Part shown: in pieces, positions 52,481 through 58,645 of the stretch
Layout of the letters: each line of letters opens with the position of its first letter
Numbering within the stretch: position 1 is the first letter of the stretch
Source: Solirubrobacterales bacterium
GTDB lineage: Bacteria; Actinomycetota; Thermoleophilia; Solirubrobacterales; 70-9
Length of the DNA: 58,645 nucleotides
Assembly: GCA_035554595.1 (NCBI GenBank)
Contig: DATMIH010000170.1
Location: forward strand, 1-58,645
Reading direction: 5' to 3'
Made by a program: the position numbers and the translations under genes
Notes under the pieces: generated by a model
Database searches by the model: none
What the model was told of the DNA's origin: nothing
The model's input: the letters and a program-made list of their open reading frames with translations, nothing else

Positions 52481-52633
52481 CTCACTCCTTAGTTGCGGGT
52501 CTTGACCCCAGCTGAGGTCGGTCGAACGATTATAGGTCGCTGGTCCCAAGGTTCAACTGAAGGTTGAAGGTTGACTCCGCCCTTGCACGCTGACTTCGTC
52601 TTTGCAGACGAAATACCACCCCAAACGACAAAG

Positions 52634-53269
52634 TCAGCCGCGGGTGGAGCGGACTTCGCGGATTCCCGTTTGGGCGTAGAGGACGGTGGCGACGATCGCG
52701 AACCCGAGGCCGATGATCAGCAGGGCCGACGGGACCCAGCCGGCGAAGACCATGGCGAAGAAGATGCCGCCCATGATCGGGAAGACCGAGATCCGGCCCG
52801 GCCAGTTAACGCGGATCTCCACCCCGTGGCGCAAGCCGTACTGGCCGAGCAGGAGCATTGCCAGCTCGCGCACCGCAAGCAGGGCCAGGGCCCAGCGCGG
52901 CAGCAGCTCGAAGTGCCAGCAGACGACCGCGCCGGAGAGGATCGTCAGGCGATCGACCACCGGGTCGAGGATCGAGCCGAGGCGGCTGTACTGACCGGTG
53001 ATGCGGGCGAGGAAGCCGTCGAGGTAGTCGCCGGCGGCGATCAGCCAGAAGACGATCGCGGCCGGGGCGCTGCGCCCGTCGCCTGATTCGAAGGCGAGCC
53101 AGAGGAAAAGCGGCAGCGCCGCCAGCCGCAGGTAGCCGACCGCGTTGGGGATGGTCCAGGGGTTGAGCGGTTCGCCCTTGCGCACCTGGCGCGGTGGCGG
53201 GCCGCTGCGGTCGAGCCCGAAGAGGCGGCGGACGCGGCCACGGCCGAAAGGCGCCATGTCACTCATCAC
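52634..53269 (-). CDS. pgsA: CDP-alcohol phosphatidyltransferase (phosphatidylglycerophosphate synthase-like)
   Basis: DG(x)2AR(x)8G(x)3D(x)3D motif (DYLDGFLARITGQYSRLGSILDPVVD). Confidence 0.8.
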   Translation of the reverse strand: MMSDMAPFGRGRVRRLFGLDRSGPPPRQVRKGEPLNPWTIPNAVGYLRLAALPLFLWLAFESGDGRSAPAAIVFWLIAAGDYLDGFLARITGQYSRLGSILDPVVDRLTILSGAVVCWHFELLPRWALALLAVRELAMLLLGQYGLRHGVEIRVNWPGRISVFPIMGGIFFAMVFAGWVPSALLIIGLGFAIVATVLYAQTGIREVRSTRG

Positions 53270-53293
53270 GTACCGCCGGCGCCCGCGTCGCCG

Positions 53294-54808
53294 TTAGTAC
53301 GCCTTGCCGAACACGGCTTCGACGACTGCCGGCTTGCCGGTGAGGACGCAGGCGCTGTCGGGCGCCAGATGCTGGTCGAAGGGGATGCACCGAACCGAGA
53401 CCTTAAGCTCTTCGAGGAGCGAGGCCGACTCCGCCGCTTCGCTCCAGGGCGCCCTGACGAAGCCGCTCGCCGCGGCGTCCTCGTCGTCTCCCTTGAACCA
53501 CACTCGGAACTCGTCCAGGCCCTCGATCTCCCGGGCCGTCCTCGTCGCCAATCGCTCCGCTGCCAGCTCAAAGTAGCCGGCCTGAATCTGGTCGAGGACC
53601 GGCGCTATCCAGGTGCCGATCTCCCCCCGCGGCACGCTCTCCATGCGGAGGTCCTCATCGTCTCGGCGCCGCACCGCGACGACGCCCTGATCGAGGTCGC
53701 GGGGCCCGATTTCGATGATCAGGGGAACGCCCTTCCTGGTCCACTCCCAGCGCTTCGCCTGCCCCTCACGGTCGCGGAGGTCGGCCAGCACGCGCACCGC
53801 GCGACCCTGGAATGTCTGCTCGCGAATCTCGGCCGCCACGACCTCGACCTCGGCAAGGACAGCATCGTCATCCTTCCCCCTCAGCACCGGGATCACGACC
53901 ACCTGCTGCGGCGCCACCGTCGGCGGCAGGCGCAGGCCGACGTCGTCGCCGTGGGACATGATCAGGGCGCCGAGCAAGCGGGTGGAGACGCCCCAGGAGG
54001 AGGTGTGGACGAGCCGGCGCTCGCCGTCTTTGTCGAGGAAGTCGATCTCGGCCGCCTCGGCGAAGCTCTGCCCCAGGTAGTGCGAGGTGCCGGCCTGCAG
54101 CGCCTTGCCGTCCTGCATCATCGCCTCGATCGAGAGGCTCATCACGGCGCCGGGGAAGCGCTCTTCCTCGGGCTTCTCGCCGGTTATCACCGGCATCGCC
54201 AGGAACGACTCGGCGAAGCGGCGGTAGACCTCGAGCATGTCCTCGGTCTCGCGCCGCGCCTCCTCCTCGCTGGCGTGCGCCGTGTGGCCCTCCTGCCAGA
54301 GGAACTCGGTGGTCCGCAATAGGACCCGCGGCCGCATCTCCCAGCGCACCACGTTGGCCCACTGGTTGACCAGCAGCGGCAGGTCGCGGTAGGAGTTGAT
54401 CCATTTGGCGAACGACTTGCCGATGATCGTCTCCGAGGTCGGGCGCACGATCAGCGGCTCGGCCAGCTTGCCGCCAGGCCGCAGCTTGCCGGGGTCATCG
54501 GGGTCCTCTTCGAGCCGGTGGTGGGTGACCACGGCCATCTCCTTGGCGAAGCCCTCGACGTGCTCGGCCTCCTCTTCGAAGTAGCTGAGGGGGATGAAGA
54601 GCGGGAAGTAAGCGTTCTGGGCGCCGCTCGCCTTGATTTCCCGGTCGAGCTCGGCCTGCATCAACTCCCAGATCGCGTAGCCCCAGGGCCTGATCACCAT
54701 CGAGCCGCGGACGTGGGCCAGTTCGGCAACCTCGGCCTCGCGGACAACGCTCTGAAACCACGCCGGAAAGTCCTCTGCGCGGGTCGGCGAGATTCCTTTC
54801 GAGGCCAT
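53294..54808 (-). CDS. proS: Prolyl-tRNA synthetase (archaeal/eukaryote-like type)
   Basis: Class II aaRS motifs, no INS editing domain, and a C-terminal zinc-binding-like domain ending in Tyr (..FGKAY). Confidence 0.9.
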   Translation of the reverse strand: MASKGISPTRAEDFPAWFQSVVREAEVAELAHVRGSMVIRPWGYAIWELMQAELDREIKASGAQNAYFPLFIPLSYFEEEAEHVEGFAKEMAVVTHHRLEEDPDDPGKLRPGGKLAEPLIVRPTSETIIGKSFAKWINSYRDLPLLVNQWANVVRWEMRPRVLLRTTEFLWQEGHTAHASEEEARRETEDMLEVYRRFAESFLAMPVITGEKPEEERFPGAVMSLSIEAMMQDGKALQAGTSHYLGQSFAEAAEIDFLDKDGERRLVHTSSWGVSTRLLGALIMSHGDDVGLRLPPTVAPQQVVVIPVLRGKDDDAVLAEVEVVAAEIREQTFQGRAVRVLADLRDREGQAKRWEWTRKGVPLIIEIGPRDLDQGVVAVRRRDDEDLRMESVPRGEIGTWIAPVLDQIQAGYFELAAERLATRTAREIEGLDEFRVWFKGDDEDAAASGFVRAPWSEAAESASLLEELKVSVRCIPFDQHLAPDSACVLTGKPAVVEAVFGKAY

Positions 54809-54841
54809 TCCGGCGAGTCTATTTCCTGAGGCGCGAGAGCT

Positions 54842-56095
54842 TCAGGCTCGGGTGAAGCGGCGTCCCGCGGTGGGCGAGGCCTCCTCATCGAGCAGGACCT
54901 TGTCCGACTCGCCCTTTTCGGCCGCTTCGTGCTCCATCCGGGCGATCTTCTCCGGCGTCAGGTCGCCGGCGTTCTCCGCCTCGATCTTGGCCAGCCAGGC
55001 CGCGCCCTCGCGCGACTCGTTCTCATCGAACTCAACCGTACCGCGGTCGAGCGACTTGTCGATCTCTTCGAAGAGCGTGTCGACCAGCTTCTCCTGCGGG
55101 ACCTTGCGCAGCGGCTTGCCGTGGGCGTAGATCAGACCCTCGTTCTTGGCTCCGGCGATGCCGAAGTCCGCGTGCGAGGCCTCGCCGATCCCGTTGACCG
55201 CGCAGCCAAGCACGGCAACCTCGATCGGCTCGGCGTAGCTTTCCAGCCGCTGCTCGATTTCGGCGACGACCGAGTCCATGTCGAACTGCAGGCGGCCGCA
55301 GGTCGGACAGGCGATCAGGACCGGGCCGCGCTCGCGTAGCTGCAGCGCCTTGAGGATCTCCCAGGCGACCTTGACCTCCTCCTCAGCGTGGAAGGTCGAG
55401 AGGCTGATCCGGATCGTGTCGCCGACCCCGTCGGCAAGCAGCGTTCCCAGGCCGACCGCCGACTTGAGCGAGCCCGACCACTTGGTGCCGGCCTCAGTGA
55501 TGCCGAGGTGCAGCGGGTAGGGAATCTTCTCCGAGAGCAATCGGTTGGCGGCGATCGTGTTGGGCACGTTGGTCGACTTGATCGAGACCTTGAAGTTCTC
55601 GAAGTCGAGGCTCTCCATGAGCTCGACGAACTCGACCGCGGCCGCGACCAGCGCCTCGACCGGGCTCTCACGCTCGAGCGCGTGCAGGTGCTTGGGCAGC
55701 GAGCCCGAGTTGACCCCGATCCGCATCGGCACGCCGGCCGCGTTGGCGCGCTCCGCCACCTCGGCGACCTTGTCGCGGCCGCCGATGTTGCCCGGGTTGA
55801 GGCGGATGCAGTGGGCGCCCGCGTCGATCGCCTTCAGCGCCAGCGTGTGATTGAAGTGAATGTCGGCGATCACCGGGATCGGCGAGTCCTTGACGATCGT
55901 CTTCAGCGCCTCGACGTCCTCGTCGCGCGGCACGGCGCAGCGCACGATGTCGGCGCCCGCCTCGGCGACCTTGTGGATCTGCTCCATCGTCGCCGCCAAA
56001 TTGGCGGTCTCGGTCTTGGTCATCGTCTGCACCGCGACCGGAGCGCCGCCGCCGATCGGCACGCCGCCAACGAATATCTGCCGCTTGGAGGCCAT
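54842..56095 (-). CDS. ispG: 4-hydroxy-3-methylbut-2-en-1-yl diphosphate synthase
   Basis: GcpE family: TIM-barrel N-domain (VQTMTKT) and the 4Fe-4S ligand region (CPTCGR ... GCAVNG). Confidence 0.92.
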   Translation of the reverse strand: MASKRQIFVGGVPIGGGAPVAVQTMTKTETANLAATMEQIHKVAEAGADIVRCAVPRDEDVEALKTIVKDSPIPVIADIHFNHTLALKAIDAGAHCIRLNPGNIGGRDKVAEVAERANAAGVPMRIGVNSGSLPKHLHALERESPVEALVAAAVEFVELMESLDFENFKVSIKSTNVPNTIAANRLLSEKIPYPLHLGITEAGTKWSGSLKSAVGLGTLLADGVGDTIRISLSTFHAEEEVKVAWEILKALQLRERGPVLIACPTCGRLQFDMDSVVAEIEQRLESYAEPIEVAVLGCAVNGIGEASHADFGIAGAKNEGLIYAHGKPLRKVPQEKLVDTLFEEIDKSLDRGTVEFDENESREGAAWLAKIEAENAGDLTPEKIARMEHEAAEKGESDKVLLDEEASPTAGRRFTRA

Positions 56096-56156
56096 GTACA
56101 GAGCCTAGCGACGGGGCTTGGTTGCGCGGATTGAACCTTGGCCATGGGTGGCGCGT

Positions 56157-57971
56157 ATGCAGAAACGCATGGGGACGCAGATCCGCGGCAAAGGGAGAGC
56201 GGCTACTGACCGATGGCGGGTGCGCATTGGCCTGCCCCTGCTTGCCAGCGCCTTCCTCCTGCTCGCCGCCGCGCCCGCGCAGGCGACCTTCCACCTGATC
56301 AAGGTGCGTGAGGTCCACCCCGGCACCAGCGACGACAGCTACGTCGAGCTGCAGATGTACGCAGCGGGCCAGAGCCTGCTCAGCGGCCACGCGATGACCG
56401 TCTATAACGCCAGCGGCTCGTTGGTGCACAGCTCGACCTTCTCCGCCTCGGTCCCCAACTCGGCAAACCAGCAGACAGTGCTGATCGGCGACACCCGCGT
56501 GCAGGAAGCATTCGGCGTTGCCCCTGACCTCCTCGACAGCGGCCTCACGATCAGCGCCGCCGGTGGTGCCGCCTGCTGGAACGCCGGAGGCCTACCGGCT
56601 GACTGCGTTGCCTGGGGCAACTTCAGCGGCGGTGCGGCCCTCCAGCTAGCCACCGGCACTTCGGTGGGATCCCCGGTCTCGCCCGGCGGCATCACCACCG
56701 GCAAGGCGATCCGGCGCACGATAGAACCGGGCTGCCCGACCCTGCTGGAGGAAAGCGACGACAGCGACAACAGCGCTACCGACTTCGCCGAGGTCACTCC
56801 CGCCCCGCGCAACGACTCCAGCCCGATCAGCGAGCAGACCTGCGCCGGCGCGCCCAACACGGCAATTGACGACAAGCCAGCGTTGCGCTCAAACAGCAGC
56901 AGCGCCGAATTCACCTACGAAGCACCTACCGCGACCAGCTACCAATGCAAGCTCGACGCGGCGGCCTTTGGCGCCTGCCCAATCGGCGGGCCGGTGGAAT
57001 ACACGGGCCTTGCCGACGGCAGCCACACCTTCCAGGTGCGGGGCGTCAACGCCTCCGGGCCGGACCCGACTCCGGCCAGCTACACCTGGACGGTCGACAC
57101 CACTCCCCCGCTCGCCACGATCGACACCCATCCAGCCGACCCAAGCCCCGGCGCCACCGCCCAGTTCACCTACCACGCGCCGAATGAGCCGGGCTCGAGC
57201 TTCGAGTGCTCGCTTGACGGCACTCTCCCGTCAGCCTGCCCGACCAGCGGAATGACCTATCACGGCCTCGCCGACGGCGTGCACACCTTCGCCGTCGAAG
57301 CCACCGACGGCGCCGGCAATCAGCAGCTGGCCCCAACGGAATTCAGCTGGACGGTCGACAACTCGCTGCTCGACACAACGCCACCGCAGACGACGATCGA
57401 GTCGGGACCACCCGACCCGAGCGAAAGTCCGAGCGCCAGCTTCACCTACGCCTCGAATGAGCCGGGCTCCAGCTTCGAGTGCTCGCTCGATGGCGCGCCG
57501 TTCGCGAGTTGCCCGCCCGGCGGCATCTCTTACGGCGGCCTCGGCAACGGCCCTCACACCTTCCAGGTGCGCGCCACCGACCCCAGCAACAACACCGATC
57601 AGAGCCCCGCCGGCTACAGCTTTGAGGTGGCGCTCGTGGCGACGGCGCTGCCGGTGCAGTCCTCCCCACCCCCGTCGCCGCCAGCCATCCCATCCCCGGG
57701 CAAGGCAAAGCCGGTCGCGCCAGAGACGACGCTCACCGCCAAGCCCGCTGTTACGACGCGCGACCGCACCCCCACCTTTCGTTTTCGATCCGCGACCCGC
57801 GGAGCCAACTTTCAGTGCCAGCTCGATCGTGGTCGGTACCGGTCGTGCCGCTCGCCCTTCACGACCGCCCACTTGAGCCCCGGGCGGCACACCTTCAAGG
57901 TACGCGCCGTCCTTGCGAGCTCCACCGACCCGACCCCGGCGACCGCGTCTTTCAAGGTTCTGACGGGATGA
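56157..57971 (+). CDS. Secreted protein: N-terminal lamin-tail-like (LTD) domain + four tandem Ig-like repeats
   Basis: Signal peptide (..AAPAQA), then an LTD-like segment (FHLIKVREVHPGTSDDSYVELQMYAAG..MTVYNASG). Four repeats follow with the pattern F.C.LD....C.....Y.GL.DG.HTF.VRA. Confidence 0.7.
   Translation: MQKRMGTQIRGKGRAATDRWRVRIGLPLLASAFLLLAAAPAQATFHLIKVREVHPGTSDDSYVELQMYAAGQSLLSGHAMTVYNASGSLVHSSTFSASVPNSANQQTVLIGDTRVQEAFGVAPDLLDSGLTISAAGGAACWNAGGLPADCVAWGNFSGGAALQLATGTSVGSPVSPGGITTGKAIRRTIEPGCPTLLEESDDSDNSATDFAEVTPAPRNDSSPISEQTCAGAPNTAIDDKPALRSNSSSAEFTYEAPTATSYQCKLDAAAFGACPIGGPVEYTGLADGSHTFQVRGVNASGPDPTPASYTWTVDTTPPLATIDTHPADPSPGATAQFTYHAPNEPGSSFECSLDGTLPSACPTSGMTYHGLADGVHTFAVEATDGAGNQQLAPTEFSWTVDNSLLDTTPPQTTIESGPPDPSESPSASFTYASNEPGSSFECSLDGAPFASCPPGGISYGGLGNGPHTFQVRATDPSNNTDQSPAGYSFEVALVATALPVQSSPPPSPPAIPSPGKAKPVAPETTLTAKPAVTTRDRTPTFRFRSATRGANFQCQLDRGRYRSCRSPFTTAHLSPGRHTFKVRAVLASSTDPTPATASFKVLTG
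56850..57962 (+). repeat. Four tandem ~80-90 codon Ig-like coding repeats inside the LTD protein
   Basis: Repeat units lie at approximately 56850-57107, 57108-57386, 57387-57632 and 57720-57962. Units 3 and 4 are separated by a Pro-rich spacer. Confidence 0.7.
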
Positions 57972-58029
57972 GCCTTGATCGGCGACGAGGAGGAAGCACG
58001 AGCCCAGCGCTTGGCGTATACATTGCTAG

Positions 58030-58645
58030 ATGGACTGGTTTTCCCAACAAATCAAAGGATTCCGAGCATCGAGTCGGGTTCGGCTAACCCTCGGCATGCT
58101 GCTCTCCTACCTCGTCCTGCTGGTCCCCGCCCCGCTCGCCCACGCGACCTTCCATGAAGTGCTGATCAGCGAGCTTTATCCTGGCTCGACGGCGAGCCCG
58201 CAGTCGAGCTTCCTCGAGCTGCAGATGTACTCCGCGGGACAGAATTTCGTCGGCGGCCACACCATCACGGTCTACAAAGCAGACGGAGGCGTAGTTGACA
58301 CCTTCGCCTTCCCCAGCGATTTGCCCGGCAATGGGGTCAACCAGCAGACGATGCTGGTCGGCGACAGCGCCGTCGGGGAAGCCTTCGGTGTCACGCCCGA
58401 TCTCGTCGATCCCGGGTTCAACATCCCGGCGGCCGGCGGCGCCGCCTGCTGGGACGGCCTCGACTGCGTCTCCTGGGGCAGCTTCAGCGGACAGACTGCG
58501 CCCTCCAGCGGGGTTCCGGTTGATCAAGGGGGAATTCCCGACGGCAAGGCGATCGAGCGGCGCATCACCGCGGGCTCCTGCAGCAACTGGCTGGAACTAG
58601 CCGACGACACCGATGACAGCGACAGCGACTTTTTCGTCGCCGCCC
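58030..58645 (+). CDS. Paralogous secreted LTD-like protein, 3'-truncated by window edge
   Basis: The ORF is open to the window end, which is probably why it is absent from the track. Signal peptide (..VPAPLAHA), then FHEVLISELYPGSTASPQSSFLELQMYSAG..ITVYKADG and AAGGAACW..DCVSWGSFSG, collinear with 56286-56801. Confidence 0.7.
   Translation, partial: MDWFSQQIKGFRASSRVRLTLGMLLSYLVLLVPAPLAHATFHEVLISELYPGSTASPQSSFLELQMYSAGQNFVGGHTITVYKADGGVVDTFAFPSDLPGNGVNQQTMLVGDSAVGEAFGVTPDLVDPGFNIPAAGGAACWDGLDCVSWGSFSGQTAPSSGVPVDQGGIPDGKAIERRITAGSCSNWLELADDTDDSDSDFFVAA

Noticed and set aside
1-58645. Scan for CRISPR arrays, rRNA/tRNA genes, transposases, integrases, phage genes or known multi-gene defence systems
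   Set aside because: None recognised. Apart from hipBA, the window is conserved housekeeping synteny. Absence is judged by eye only and should be confirmed with tRNAscan, Infernal, ISfinder and defence-system finders.

Overview
High-GC (Actinomycetota-like) chromosomal window. It is densely coding, and almost all of it is conserved housekeeping synteny: pnp-M16 peptidase-dapB-dapA-rnj, a two-component pair, ftsK, rodZ-like, cinA, thpR, recA, miaB-miaA-dapF, dapL, hflX, dut, murT/gatD, dinB, nadE, a pgsA-FHA-MerR cluster, proS and ispG. I saw no rRNA, tRNA, CRISPR array, transposase or integrase. The clearest accessory insert is a hipBA toxin-antitoxin module with three 20-bp operator palindromes. 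A compositionally atypical (lower-GC) orphan secreted-protein gene lies at 38063-38668. The most interesting observations are:
- The syntenic DapF has both catalytic cysteines replaced by serine.
- The murT/gatD lipid II amidation pair is split by a translationally coupled SAM methyltransferase, inside a five-gene operon that also carries a lipid kinase and a second small methyltransferase.
- A small helical protein next to pgsA/FHA/MerR carries a single RsiG-type c-di-GMP-binding motif.
- A conserved ~75-90 nt hairpin-embedded element occurs twice, after recA and after an RskA-like gene.
- A ~300-nt highly structured orphan intergenic region follows rnj and has mutually exclusive long-range pairings.
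- Two tandem secreted paralogs have an N-terminal lamin-tail-like domain, and one also has four Ig-like repeats.
Many long ORFs in the six-frame track are antisense or 5'-extended artefacts of high GC. I trimmed starts where a ribosome-binding site, a stop/start overlap or a domain boundary supported it. All functional calls come from motif recognition by eye, not from database searches.
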